The notes under the pieces are model-generated. The model ran no database searches. It was not told the DNA's origin and saw only the letters and a list, made by a program, of their open reading frames with translations. Positions 1 through 18,000 of a DNA stretch of 64,000 bases are shown here, in pieces (the stretch's first letter is position 1; each line of letters begins with the position of its first letter). This DNA comes from Eledone cirrhosa. Its lineage: Eukaryota. A program made the translations under genes and the position numbers. The stretch is taken from contig OZ024745.1 in the NCBI GenBank assembly GCA_964016885.1, forward strand, positions 7,750,001-7,814,000, given 5' to 3'.

Positions 1-3000
1 CAGTAACTATAACAACAACAGTAACTATAACAACAACAGAAACTATAACAATAACAGTAACTACAACAATAACAGTAACTATAACAACAACAGTAACTAT
101 AATAACAACAGTAACTATAACAACAACAGTAACTATAACAATAACAGTAACTATAACAATAACAGTAACTATAACAACAACAGTAACTATAACAACAACA
201 GAAACTATAACAATAACAGTAACTATAACAATAACAGTAACTATAGCAATAACACTAACTATAGAAACAACAGTAACTATAACAATAACAGTAACTATAG
301 CAATAACAGAAACTATAACAACAACAGTAACTATAGCAATAACAGAAACTATAACAATAACAGTAACTACAACAATAACAGTAACTATAACAACAACAGA
401 AACTATAACAACAACAGTAACTATAACAATAACAGTAACTATAACAACAACAGGAACTATAACAATAACAGTAACTATAACAATAACAGTAACTATAGCA
501 ATAACAGTAATTATAACAATAACAGTAACTATAACAACAACAGAAACTATAACAACAACAGTAACTATAACAATAACAGTAACTATAACAATAACAGTAA
601 CTATAACAACAACAGTAACTATAACAATAACAGTAACTATAACAAAAACAGTAATTATAACAATAACAGTAACTATAACAATAACAGAAACTATAACAAC
701 AACAGTAACTATAACAACAACAGTAACTATAACAACAACAGAAACTATAACAACAACAGTAACTATAACAATAACAGTAACTATAACAATAACAGAAACT
801 ATAACAATAACAGTAACTATAACAACAACAGTAACTATAACAACAACAGTAACTATAACAATAACAGAAACTCTAACAATAACAGTAACTATAACAATAA
901 CAGTAACTATAACAATAACAGTAACTATAACAACAACAGAAACTATAACAATAACAGTAACTATAGCAATAACAGTAACTATAACAACAACAGAAACTAT
1001 AACAATAACAGTAACTATAACAATAACAGTAACTATAACAATAACAGTAACTATAACAATAACAGTAACTATAATAATAACAGTAACTATAACAACAACA
1101 GAAACTATAACAACAACAGTAACTATAGCAATAACAGTAACTATAACAACAACAGAAACTATAACAACAACAGTAACTATAGCAATAACAGTAACTATAA
1201 CAATAACAGTAACTATAACAACAACAGTAACTATAACAACAACAGTAACTATAACAATAACAGTAACTATAACAACAGTAACTATAGCAATAACAGTAAC
1301 TATAACAATAACAGTAACTATAGCAATAACAGTAACTATAACAATAACAGTAACTATAACAACAACAGTAACTATAACAACAACAGTAACTATAACAACA
1401 ACAGTAACTATAACAACAACAGTAACTATAACAACAGTAACTATAGCAATAACAGTAACTATAACAATAACAGTAACTATAACAACAACAGAAACTATAA
1501 CAACAACAGTAACTATAACAATAACAGTAACTATAACAACAACAGTAACTATAACAATAACAGTAACTATAGCAATAACATTAACTATAACAATAACAGT
1601 AACTATAACAATAACAGTAACTATAACAATAACAGTAACTATAGCAATAACAGTAACTATAACAATAACAGTAACTATAACAATAACAGTAACTATAACA
1701 ATAACAGTAACTATAACAATAACAGTAACTATAACAATAACAGTAACTATAGCAATAACATTAACTATAACAATAACAGTAACTATAACAATAACAGTAA
1801 CTATAACAATAACAGTAACTATAGCAATAACAGTAACTATAACAATAACAGTAACTATAACAATAACAGTAACTATAACAATAACAGTAACTATAACAAT
1901 AACAGTAACTATAACAATAACAGTAACTATAACAATAACAGTAACTATAGCAATAACAGTAACTATAACAATAACAGTAACTATAACAATAACAGTAACT
2001 ATAACAATAACAGTAACTATAGCAATAACAGTAACTATAACAATAACAGTAACTATAACAATAACAGTAACTATAACAATAACAGTAACTATAACAATAA
2101 CAGTAACTATAGCAATAACAGTAACTATAACAATAACAGTAACTATAACAATAACAGTAACTATATTAACAACAACAGTAACTATAGCAATAACAGTAAC
2201 TATAACAATAACAGTAACTATATTAACTATAACAGTAACTATAGCAATAACAGTAACTATAACAATAACAGTAACTATAGCAATAACAGTAACTATAGCA
2301 ATAACAGTAACTATAACAATAACAGTAACTATATTAACAACAACAGTAACTATAACAATAACAGTAACTATACTAACTATAACAGTAACTATAACAATAA
2401 CAGTAACTATAGCAATAACAGTAACTATAGCAATAACAGTAACTATAGCAATAACAGTAACTATAACAATAACAGTAACTATATTAACTATAACAGTAAC
2501 TATAGCAATAACAGTAACTATAACAATAACAGTAACTATAACAATAACAGTAATTATAACAACAACAGTAACTATAACAATAACAGTAACTATAACAATA
2601 ACAGTAATTATAACAACAACAGTAACTATAACAACAACAGTAACTATAACAACAACAGTAACTATAACAATAACAGTAATTATAACAATAACAGTAACTA
2701 TAACAATGAGAGTAACTATAACAACAACAGAAACTATAACAATAACAGTAATTATAACAACAACGGTAACTATAACAATAACAGTAACTATAACAATAAC
2801 AGTAACTATAACAATAACAGAAAATATAACAACAACAGTAACTATAACAACAACAGTAACTATAACAACAACAGTAACTATAAAAACAACAGAAATTATA
2901 ACAACAACAGTAACTATAACAATAACAGTAACTATATTAACTATAACAGTAACTATAGCAATAACAGTAACTATAGCAATAACAGTAACTATAGCAATAA

Positions 3001-6000
3001 CAGTAACTATTGCAATAACAGTAACTATAGCAATAACAGTAACTATAACAATAAAAGTAACTATAACAATAACAGTAACTATAGCAATAACAGTAACTAT
3101 AACAATAACAGTAACTATATTAACAACAACAGTAACTATAACAATAACAGTAACTATATTAACTATAACAGTAACTATAGCAATAACAGTAACTATAACA
3201 ATAACAGTAACTATAGCAATAACAGTAACTATAGCAATAACAGTAACTATAACAATAACAGTAACTATAACAATAACAGTAACTATAACAATAACAGTAA
3301 CTATAGCAATAACAGTAACTATAACAATAACAGTAACTATATTAACAACAACAGTAACTATAACACTAACAGTAACTATAGCAATAACAGTAACTATAAC
3401 AATAACAGTAACTATAACAACAACAGTAACTATATTAACAACAACAGTAACTATAACAATAACAGTAACTATAGCAATAACAGTAACTATAGCAATAACA
3501 GTAACTATAACAATAATAGTAACTATAACAACAACAGTAACTATAGCAATAACAGTAACTATAACAATAACAGTAACTATAGCAATAACAGTAACTATAG
3601 CAATAACAGTAACTATAACAATAACATTAACTATAACAATAACAGTAACTATAACAACAACAGTAACTATAACAACAACAGAAACTATAACAATAACAGT
3701 AACTATAACAATAACAGTAACTATAGCAATAACAGTAACTATAACAATAACAGTAACTATAACAACAACAGTAACTATAACAACAACAGAAACTATAACA
3801 ATAACAGTAACTATAACAATAACAGTAACTATAGCAATAACAGTAACTATAACAATAACAGTAACTATAACAACAACAGTAACTATAGCAATAACAGTAA
3901 CTATAACAATAACAGTAACTATAGCAATAACAGTAACTATAGCAATAACAGTAACTATAACAATAACAGTAACTATAACAATAACAGTAACTATAACAAC
4001 AACAGTAACTATAACAACAACAGAAACTATAACAATAACAGTAACTATAACAATAACAGTAACTATAGCAATAACAGTAACTATAACAATAACAGTAACT
4101 ATAACAACAACAGTAACTATAACAATAACAGTAACTATAACAACAACAGAAACTATAACAATAACAGTAACTATAACAATAACAGTAACTATAGCAATAA
4201 CAGTAACTATAACAATAACAGTAACTATAACAACAACAGAAACTATGACAATAACAGAAACTATAACAATAACGGTAACTATAACAACAACAGTAACTAT
4301 AACAATAACAGTAACTATAACAATAACAGTAACTATAACAATAACAGTAACTATAACAATAACAGTAACTATAACAATAACAGAAACTATAACAATAACA
4401 GTAACTATAACAATAACGGTAACTATAACAATAACAGAAACTATAACAATAACAGTAACTATACCAATAACAGTAACTATAACAATAACAGAAACTATAA
4501 CAATAACAGTAACTATAACAATAACGGTAACTATAACAATAACAGAAACTATAACAATAACAGTAACTATAACAATAACAGAAACTATAACAATAACAGT
4601 AACTATAACAATAACAGAAACTATAACAATAACAGTAACTGTAACAATAACGGTAACTATAACAATAACAGAAACTATAACAACAACAGTAACTATAACA
4701 ATAACAGTAACTATAACAATAACGGTAACTATAACAATAACAGAAACTATAACAATAACAGAAACTATAACAACAACAGTAACTATAACAATAACAGTAA
4801 CTATAACAATAACGGTAACTATAACAATAACAGTAACTATAACAATAACAGAAACTATAACAACAACAGTAACTATAACAATAACAGAAACTATAACAAC
4901 AACAGTAACTATAACAATAACGGTAACTATAACAATAACGGTAACTATAACAATAACAGTAACTATAACAATAACGGTAACTATAACAATAACGTAACTA
5001 TAACAACAACAGTAACTATAACAATAACAGTAACTATAACAATAACGGTAACTATAACAATAACGGTAACTATAACAATAACAGAAACTATAACAACAAC
5101 AGTAACTATAACAATAACAGTAACTATAACAATAACGGTAACTATAACAATAACGGTAACTATAACAATAACGGTAACTATAACAATAACAGTAACTATA
5201 TCAATAACAGTAACTATAACAACAACAGTAACTATAGCAATAACAGTAACTATTACAATAACAGTAACTATAACAATAACAGAAACTATAACAATAACAG
5301 TAACTATAACAATAACAGTAACTATAACAACAACAGTAACTATAGCAATAACAGTAACTATAACAATAACAGTAACTATATCAATAACAGTAACTATAAC
5401 AACAACAGTAACTATAGCAATAACAGTAACTATAACAACAACAGTAACTATAGCAATAACAGTAACTATAACAATAACAGTAACTATAACAATAACAGTA
5501 ACTATAACAATAACAGTAACTATAACAATAACAGTAACTATAACAACAACAGTAACTATAGCAATAACAGTAACTATAACAACAACAGTGACTATAGCAA
5601 TAACAGTAACTATAACAATAACAGTAACTATAACAATAACAGTAACTATAACAATAACAGTAACTATAACAATAACAGTAACTATAACAACAACAGTAAC
5701 TATAAAAACAACAGTAACTATAGCAATAACAGTAACTATAACAATAACAGTAACTATAACAATAACAGTAACTATAACAATAACAGTAACTATAACAATA
5801 ACAGTAACTATAACAACAACAGTAACTATAGCAATAACAGTAACTATAACAATAACAGTAACTATAACAACAACAGTAACTATAACAACAACAGTAACTA
5901 TAACAATAACAGTAACTATAACAATAACAGTAACTATAACAACAACAGTAACTATAGCAATAACAGTAACTATAACAATAACAGTAACTATAACAATAAC

Positions 6001-9000
6001 AGTAACTATAACAACAACAGTAACTATAACAATAACAGTAACTATAACAATAACAGTAACTATAACAACAACAGTAACTATAACAATAACAGTAACTATA
6101 ACAATAACGGTAACTATAACAACAACAGTAACTATAACAAAAACAGTAACTATAACAACAACAGAAACTATAACAACAACAGTAACTATAACAATAAAAG
6201 TAACTATAACAAAAACAGAAACTATAACAACAACAGTAACTATAACAATAACAGTAACTATAACAAAAACAGTAACTATAACAATAACAGTAACTATAAC
6301 AATAACAGTAACTATAACAAAAACAGAAACTATAACAACAACAGTAACTATAACAATAACAGTAACTATAACAAAAACAGTAACTATAACAATAACAGTA
6401 ACTATAACAAAAACAGAAACTATAACAACAACAGTAACTATAACAACAACAGTAACTATAACAATAACAGTAACTATAACAATAACAGTAACTATAACAA
6501 TAACAGTAACTATAACAAAAACAGAAACTATAACAACAACAGTAACTATAACAACAACAGTAACTATAACAACAACAGAAACTATAACAACAACAGTAAC
6601 TATAACAAAAACAGTAACTATAACAACAACAGAAACTATAACAACAACAGTAACTATAACAATAACAGTAACTATAACAAAAACAGAAACTATAACAACA
6701 ACAGTAACTATAACAATAACAGTAACTATAACAACAACAGAAACTATAACAACAACAGTAACTATAACAACAACAGAAACTATAACAACAACAGAAACTA
6801 TAACAACAACAGTAACTATAACAACAACAGAAACTATAACAACAACAGTAACTATAACAACAACAGAAACTATAACAATAACAGTAACTATAACAACAAC
6901 AGTAACTCTAACAACAACAGAAACTATATCAACAACAGTAACTATAGCAATAACAGTAACTATAACAATAACAGTAACTATAACAACAACAGAAACTATA
7001 ACAACAACAGTAACTATAGCAATAACAGTAACTATAACAATAACAGTAACTATAACAAAAACAGAAACTATAACAACAACAGTAACTATAACAACAACAG
7101 AAACTATAACAACAACAGTAACTATAACAACAACAGAAACTATAACAATAACAGTAACTATAACAACAACAGTAACTCTAACAACAACAGAAACTATATC
7201 AACAACAGTAACTATAGCAATAACAGTAACTATAACAATAACAGTAACTATAACAACAACAGAAACTATAACAACAACAGTAACTATAGCAATAACAGTA
7301 ACTATAACAATAACAGTAACTATAACAATAACAGTAACTATAACAACAACAGAAACTATAACAGTAACAGTAACTATATTAACTATAACAGTAACTATAG
7401 CAATAACAGTAACTATAACAACAACAGTAACTATAACAATAACAGTAACTATAACAATAACAGTAATTATAACAATAACAGTAACTATAACAATAACAGA
7501 AACTATAACAATAACAGTAACTATAACAACAACAGAAACTATAACAACAACAGTAACTATAACAATAACAGTAACTATATTAACTATAACAGTAACTATA
7601 GCAATAACAGTAACTATAACAATAACAGTAACTATAGCAATAACAGTAAGTATAGCAATAACAGTAACTATAACAATAACAGTAACTATAACAATAACAG
7701 TAACTATAACAATAACAGTAACTATAACAATAACAGTAACTATATTAACTATAACAGTAACTATAGCAATAGCAGTAACTATAGCAATAACAGTAACTAT
7801 AGCAATAACAGTAACTATTACAATAACAGTAACTATAACAATAACAGAAACTATAACAATAACAGTAACTATAGCAATAACAGTAACTATAACAATAACA
7901 GTAACTATAACAATAACAGTAACTATAGCAATAACAGTAACTATAGCAATAACAGTAACTATAACAATAACAGTAACTATAACAATAACAGTAACTATAA
8001 CAACAACAGTAACTATAACAATAACAGAAACTATAACAATAACAGTAACTATAACAATAACAGTAACTATAACAACAACAGTAACTATAGCAATAACAGT
8101 AACTATAACAATAACAGTAACTATATCAATAACAGTAACTATAACAACAACAGTAACTATAGCAATAACAGTAACTATAACAACAACAGTAACTATAGCA
8201 ATAACAGTAACTATAACAATAACAGTAACTATAACAATAACAGTAACTATAACAATAACAGTAACTATAACAATAACAGTAACTATAACAACAACAGTAA
8301 CTATAGCAATAACAGTAACTATAACAACAACAGTGACTATAGCAATAACAGTAACTATAACAATAACAGTAACTATAACAATAACAGTAACTATAACAAT
8401 AACAGTAACTATAACAATAACAGTAACTATAACAACAACAGTAACTATAACAACAACAGTAACTATAGCAATAACAGTAACTATAACAATAACAGTAACT
8501 ATAACAATAACAGTAACTATAACAATAACAGTAACTATAACAATAACAGTAACTATAACAACAACAGTAACTATAGCAATAACAGTAACTATAACAATAA
8601 CAGTAACTATAACAACAACAGTAACTATAACAACAACAGTAACTATAACAATAACAGTAACTATAACAATAACAGTAACTATAACAACAACAGTAACTAT
8701 AGCAATAACAGTAACTATAACAATAACAGTAACTATAACAATAACAGTAACTATAACAACAACAGTAACTATAACAATAACAGTAACTATAACAATAACA
8801 GTAACTATAACAATAACAGTAACTATAACAATAACAGTAACTATAACAATAACAGAAACTATAACAATAACAGTAACTATAACAATAACAGAAACTATAA
8901 CAATAACAGTAACTATAACAATAACAGTAACTATATTAACAATAACAGTAACTATAACAATAACAGTAACTATAACAACAACAGTAACTATAACAATAAC

Positions 9001-12000
9001 AGTAACTATAACAATAACAGTAACTATAACAATAACAGAAACTATAACAATAACAGTAACTATAACAATAACAGTAACTATGACAATAACAGTAACTATA
9101 ACAACAACAGTAACTATAACAATAACAGTAACTATAGCAATAACAGTAACTATAACAATAACAGTAACTATAACAATAACAGTAACTATAACAATAACAG
9201 TAACTATAACAATAACAGTAACTATAACAATAACAGTAACTATAACAATAACAGTAACTATATTAACAACAACAGTAACTATAACAACAACAGAAACTAT
9301 AACAACAAGAGTAACTATAGCAATAACAGTAACTATAATAATAACAGTAACTATAACAACAACAGAAACTATAACAACAACAGTAACTATAACAATAACG
9401 GTAACTATAACAATAACAGTAACTATAACAACAACAGTAACTATAACAATAACAGTAACTATAACAACAACAGAAACTATAACAACAGCAGTAACTATAA
9501 CAACAACAGTAACTATAACAACAACAGAAACTATAACAACAACAGTAACTATAACAACAACAGAAACTATAACAACAACAGTAACTATAACAATAACAGT
9601 AACTATAACAACAACAGTAACTATAACAATAACAGTAACTATAACAACAACAGTAACTATAACAATAACAGTAACTATATTAACAACAACAGTAACTATA
9701 ACAATAACAGTAACTATATTAACTATAACAGTAACTATAGCAATAGCAGTAACTATAGCAATAACAGTAACTATAGCAATAACAGTAACTATAACAATAA
9801 CAGTAACTATAACAATAACAGAAACTATAACAATAACAGTAACTATAACAATAACAGTAACTATAGCAATAACAGTAACTATAACAATAACAGTAACTAT
9901 AGCAATAACAGTAACTATAGCAATAACAGTAACTATAACAATAACAGTAACTATAACAATAACAGTAACTATAACAACAACAGTAACTATAACAATAACA
10001 GAAACTATAACAATAACAGTAACTATAACAATAACAGTAACTATAACAACAACAGTAACTATAGCAATAACAGTAACTATAACAATAACAGTAACTATAT
10101 CAATAACAGTAACTATAACAACAACAGTAACTATAGCAATAACAGTAACTATAACAACAACAGTAACTATAGCAATAACAGTAACTATAACAATAACAGT
10201 AACTATAACAATAACAGTAACTATAACAATAACAGTAACTATAACAATAACAGTAACTATAACAACAACAGTAACTATAGCAATAACAGTAACTATAACA
10301 ACAACAGTAACTATAGCAATAACAGTAACTATAACAATAACAGTAACTATAACAATAACAGTAACTATAACAATAACAGTAACTATAACAATAACAGTAA
10401 CTATAACAACAACAGTAACTATAACAACAACAGTAACTATAGCAATAACAGTAACTATAACAATAACAGTAACTATAACAATAACAGTAACTATAACAAT
10501 AACAGTAACTATAACAATAACAGTAACTATAACAACAACAGTAACTATAGCAATAACAGTACCTATAACAATAACAGTAACTATAACAATAACAGTAACT
10601 ATAACAACAACAGTAACTATAGCAATAACAGTAACTATAACAATAACAGTAACTATAACAATAACAGTAACTATAACAACAACAGTAACTATAACAATAA
10701 CAGTAACTATAACAATAACAGTAACTATAACAATAACAGTAACTATAACAATAACAGTAACTATAACAATAACAGAAACTATAACAATAACAGTAACTAT
10801 AACAATAACAGAAACTATAACAATAACAGTAACTATAACAATAACAGTAACTATAGCAATAACAGTAACTATAGAAACAACAGTAACTATAACAATAACA
10901 GTAATTATAACAATAACAGTAACTATAACAATAACAGAAACTATAACAATAACAGTAACTATAACAATAACAGTAAATATAGCAATAACAGTAACTATAG
11001 AAACAACAGTAACTATAACAATAACAGTAACTATAACAATAACAGTAACTATAACAATAACAGTAACTATAACAACAACAGTAACTATAACAACAACAGT
11101 AACTATAACAATAACAGTAACTATAACAATAACAGAAACTATAACAATAACAGTAACTATAACAATAACAGTAACTATAACAATAACAGAAACTATAACA
11201 ATAACAGTAACTATAACAATAACAGAAACTATAACAATAACAGTAACTATAACAATAACAGTAACTATATTAACAATAACAGTAACTATAACAATAACAG
11301 TAACTATAACAACAACAGTAACTATAACAATAACAGTAACTATAACAATAACAGTAACTATAACAATAACAGAAACTATAACAATAACAGTAACTATAAC
11401 AATAACAGTAACTATGACAATAACAGTAACTATAACAACAACAGTAACTATAACAATAACAGTAACTATAGCAATAACAGTAACTATAACAATAACAGTA
11501 ACTATAACAATAACAGTAACTATAACAATAACAGTAACTATAACAATAACAGCAACTATATTAACAACAACAGTAACTATAACAACAACAGAAACTATAA
11601 CAACAAGAGTAACTATAGCAATAACAGTAACTATAATAATAACAGTAACTATAACAACAACAGAAACTATAACAACAACAGTAACTATAACAATAACGGT
11701 AACTATAACAATAACAGTAACTATAACAACAACAGTAACTATAACAATAACAGTAACTATAACAACAACAGAAACTATAACAACAGCAGTAACTATAACA
11801 ACAACAGTAACTATAACAACAACAGAAACTATAACAACAACAGTAACTATAACAACAACAGAAACTATAACAACAACAGTAACTATAACAATAACAGTAA
11901 CTATAACAACAACAGTAACTATAACAATAACAGTAACTATAACAACAACAGTAACTATAACAATAACAGTAACTATAACAACAACAGTAACTATAACAAT

Positions 12001-15000
12001 AACAGTAACTATAACAATAACAGTAACTATAACAACAACAGTAACTATAACAATAACAGTAACTATAACAATAACAGTAACTATAACAACAACAGTAACT
12101 ATAACAACAACAGTAACTATAGCAATAACAGTAACTATAACAACAACAGAAACTATAACAACAACAGTAACTATAACATTAACAGTAACTATAACAACAA
12201 CAGTAACTATAACAACAACAGTAACTATAGCAATAACAGTAACTATAACAACAACAGAAACTATAACAACAACAGTAACTATAACAATAACAGTAACTAT
12301 AACAACAACAGTAACTATAACAATAACAGTAACTATAACAACAACAGAAACTATAACAACAACAGTAACTATAACAATAACAGTAACTATAACAATAACA
12401 GTAATTATAACAATAACAGTAACTATAACAATAACAGTAACTATAACAATAACAGTAACTATAACAACAACAGAAACTATAACAACAACAGTAACTATAA
12501 CAATAACAGTAACTATAACAATAACAGTAATTATAACAATAACAGTAACTATAACAATAACAGAAACTATAACAATAACAGTAACTATAACAACAACAGA
12601 AACTATAATAACAACAGTAACTATAACAACAACAGTAACTATAACAATAACAGTAACTATAACAATAACAGTAATTATAACAATAACAGTAACTATAACA
12701 ATAACAGTAATTATAACAATGACAGTAACTATAACAATAACAGAAACTATAACAATAACAGTAACTATAACAACAACAGAAACTATAACAACAACAGTAA
12801 CTATAACAACAACAGTAACTATAACAATAACATTAACTATAACAATAACAGTAATTATAACAATAACAGTAACTATAGCAATAACAGTAACTATAACAAT
12901 AACAGTAACTATAACAATAACAGAAACTATAACAATAACAGTAACTATAACAACAACAGAAACTATAACAACAACAGTAACTATAACAACAACAGTAACT
13001 ATAACAATAACAGTAACTATAACAACAACAGTAATTATAACAATAACAGTAACTATAGCAATAACAGTAACTATAACAATAACAGAAACTATAACAATAA
13101 CAGTAACTATAACAATAACAGAAACTATAACAATAACAGTAACTATAACAACAACAGTAACTATAACAATAACAGTAACTATAACAATAACAGAAACTAT
13201 AACAATAACAGTAACTATAACAACAACAGTAACTATAACAATAACAGTAACTATAACAATAACAGTAACTATAACAATAACAGAAACTATAACAATAACA
13301 GTAACTATAACAACAACAGTAACTATAACAATAACAGTAACTATAACAATAACAGTAACTATAACAACAACAGTAACTATAACAATAACAGTAACTATAA
13401 CAATAACAGAAACTATAACAATAACAGTAACTATAACAATAACAGAAACTATAACAATAACAGAAACTATAACAATAACAGTAACTATAACAATAACAGA
13501 AACTATAACAATAACAGAAACTATAACAATAACAGTAACTATAACAATAACAGTAACTATAACAATAACAGAAACTATAACAATAACAGAAACTATAACA
13601 ATAACAGTAACTATAACAATAACAGTAACTATAACAATAACAGAAACTATAACAATAACAGAAACTATAACAACAACAGTAACTATAAAAATAACAGAAA
13701 CTATAACAATAACAGAAACTATAACAATAACAGAAACTATAACAATAACAGTAACTATAACAGTAACTATAACAATAACAGAAACTATAACAATAACAGA
13801 AACTATAACAACAACAGTAACTATAACAATAACAGAAACTATAACAATAACAGAAACTATAACAATAACAGAAACTATAACAATAACAGTAACTATAACA
13901 ATAACGGTAACTATAACAATAACAGTAACTATAACAATAACAGTAACTATAACAATAACAGAAACTATAACAATAACAGTAACTATAACAATAACAGAAA
14001 CTATAGCAATAACAGTAACTATAACAACAACAGAAACTATAACAATAACAGAAACTATAACAATAACAGAAACTATAGCAATAACAGTAACTATAACAAC
14101 AACAGAAACTATAACAATAACAGTAACTATAACAACAACAGAAACTATAACAATAACGGTAACTATAACAACAACAGTAACTATAACAATAACAGTAACT
14201 ATAACAACAACAGAAACTATAACAACAACAGTAACTATAGCAATAACAGTAACTATAACAATAACAGTAACTATAACGATAACAGTAACTATAACAACAA
14301 CAGTAACTATAACAATAACAGTAACTATAGCAATAACAGAAACTATAACAACAACAGTAACTATAACAACAACAGAAACTATAACAACAACAGTAACTAT
14401 AACAATAACAGTAACTATAACAATAACAGTAATTATAACAACAACAGTAACTATAACAATAACAGTAACTATAACAACAACAGTAACTATAACAATAACA
14501 GTAACTATAGCAATAACAGAAACTATAACAACAACAGTAACTATAACAACAACAGAAACTATAACAACAACAGTAACTATAACAATAACAGTAACTATAA
14601 CAATAACAGTAATTATAACAATAACAGTAACTATAACAATAACAGTAACTATAACAACAACAGTAACTATAACAATAACAGTAACTATAACAATAACAAT
14701 AATTATAACAATAACAGTAACTATAACAACAACAGTAACTATAACAATAACAGTAACTATAACAATAACAGTAATTATAACAATAACAGTAACTATAACA
14801 ACAACAGTAACTATAACAATAACAGTAACTATAACAATAACAGTAACTATAACAATAACAGTAACTATAACAACAACAGTAACTATAACAATAACAGTAA
14901 CTATAAAAATAACAGTAACTATAACAATAACAGTAACTATAACAACAACAGTAACTATAACAATAACAGTAACTATAACAATAACAGTAATTATAACAAT

Positions 15001-18000
15001 AACAGTAACTATAACAATAACAGAAACTATAACAATAACAGTAACTATAACAACAACAGAAACTATAACAACAACAGTAACTATAACAATAACAGTAACT
15101 ATAACAATAACAGTAATTATAACAATAACAGTAACTATAACAATAACAGAAACTATAACAATAACAGTAACTATAACAACAACAGAAACTATAACAACAA
15201 CAGTAACTATAACAATAACAGTAACTATAACAATAACAGTAATTATAACAATAACAGTAACTATAACAATAACAGTAACTATAACAATAACAGTAACTAT
15301 AACAACAACAGAAACTATAACAACAACAGTAACTATAACAATAACAGTAACTATAACTATAACAGTAATTATAACAATAACAGTAACTATAACAATAACA
15401 GTAATTATAACAATAACAGTAACTATAACAATAACAGTAACTATAACAATAACAGTAACTATAACAACAACAGAAACTATAACAACAACAGTAACTATAA
15501 CAATAACAGTAACTATAACAATAACAGTAATTATAACAATAACAGTAACTATAACAATAACAGTAACTATAACAATAACAGTAACTATAACAACAACAGA
15601 AACTATAACAACAACAGTAACTATAACAATAACAGTAACTATAACTATAACAGTAACTATAACAATAACAGTAACTATAACAATAACAGTAACTATAACA
15701 ATAACAGTAACTATAACAATAACAGTAACTATAACAACAACAGAAACTATAACAACAACAGTAACTATAACAATAACAGTAACTATAACAATAACAGTAA
15801 TTATAACAATAACAGTAACTATAACAATAACAGTAACTATAACAATAACAGTAACTATAACAACAACAGAAACTATAATAACAACAGTAACTATAACAAC
15901 AACAGTAACTATAACAATAACAGTAATTATAACAATAACAGTAACTATAACAATAACAGTAACTATAGCAATAACAGTAACTATAACAATAACAGTAACT
16001 ATAACAATAACAGTAACTATAACAATAACAGTAACTATAGCAATAACAGTAACTATAACAATAACAGTAACTATAACAATAACAATAACAGTAACTATAA
16101 CAATAACAGTAACTATAACAACAACAGTAACTATAACAATAACAGTAACTATAACAATAACAGTAACTATAACAATAACAGTAACTATAGCAATAACAGT
16201 AACTATAACAATAACAGTAACTATAACAATAACAATAACAGTAACTATAACAATAACAGTAACTATAACAATAACAGAAACTATAACAACAACAGTAACT
16301 ATAACAATAACAGTAACTATAACAATAACAGTAACTATAGCAATAACAGTAACTATAACAATAACAGTAACTATAACAATAACAGTAACTATAACAATAA
16401 CAGTAACTATAACAACAATAACAGTAACTATAACAATAACAGTAACTATAACAATAACAGTAACTATAACAACAACAGTAACTATAACAATAACAGTAAC
16501 TATAACAATAACAGTAACTATAACAATAACAATAACAGTAACTATAACAATATCAGTAACTATAACAATAACAGTAACTATAACAACAACAGTAACTATA
16601 ACAATAACAGTAATTATAGCAATAACAGAAACTATAACAATAACGGTAACTATAACAACAACAGTAACTATAACAATAACAGTAACTATAGCAATAACAG
16701 TAACTATAACAATAACAATAACAGTAACTATAACAATAACAGTAACTATAACAATAACAATAACAGTAACTATAACAATAACAGTAACTATAACAATAAC
16801 AGTAACTATAATAATAACAGTAACTATAACAATAACAGTAACTATAACAATAACAGTAACTATAACAATAACAATAACAGTAACTATAACAATAACAGTA
16901 ACTATAACAATAACAATAACAGTAACTATAACAATAACAGTAACTATAACAATAACAATAACAGTAACTATAACAATAACAGTAACTATAACAATAACAG
17001 TAACTACAACAATAACAATAACAGTAACTATAACAATAACAGTAACTATAACAATAACAGTAACTATAACAATAACAGTAACTATAACAATAACAATAAC
17101 AGTAACTATAACAATAACAGTAACTATAACAATAACAATAACAGTAACTATAACAATAACAGTAACTATAACAATAACAGTAACTATAACAATAACAGTA
17201 ACTATAACATAACAATAACAGTAACTATAACAATAACAGTAACTATAACAATAACAATAACAGTAACTATAACAATAACAGTAACTATAACAATAACAGT
17301 AACTATAACAATAACAGTAACTATAACAATAACAATAACAGTAACTATAACAATAACAGTAACTATAACAACAACAGTAACTATAACAACAACAGTAACT
17401 ATAGCAATAACAGTAACTATAACAACAACAGAAACTATAACAACAACAGTAACTATAACAATAACAGTAACTATAACAATAACAGTAACTATAACAATAA
17501 CAGTAACTATAACTATAACAATAACAGTAACTATAACAATAACAGTAACTATAACAACAACAGTAACTATAACAACAACAGTAACTATAGCAATAACAGT
17601 AACTATAACAACAACAGAAACTATAACAACAACAGTAACTATAACAATAACAGTAACTATAACAACAACAGTAACTATAACAACAACAGTAACTATAGCA
17701 ATAACAGTAACTATAACAATAACAGTAACTATAACAACAACAGAAACTATAACAACAACAGTAACTATAACAATAACAGTAACTATAACAACAACAGTAA
17801 CTATAACAACAACAGTAACTATAGCAATAACAGTAACTATAACAACAACAGAAACTATAACAACAACAGTAACTATAACAATAACAGTAACTATAACAAC
17901 AACAGTAACTATAACAATAACAGTAACTATAACAACAACAGAAACTATAACAACAACAGTAACTATAACAATAACAGTAACTATAACAATAACAGTAATT

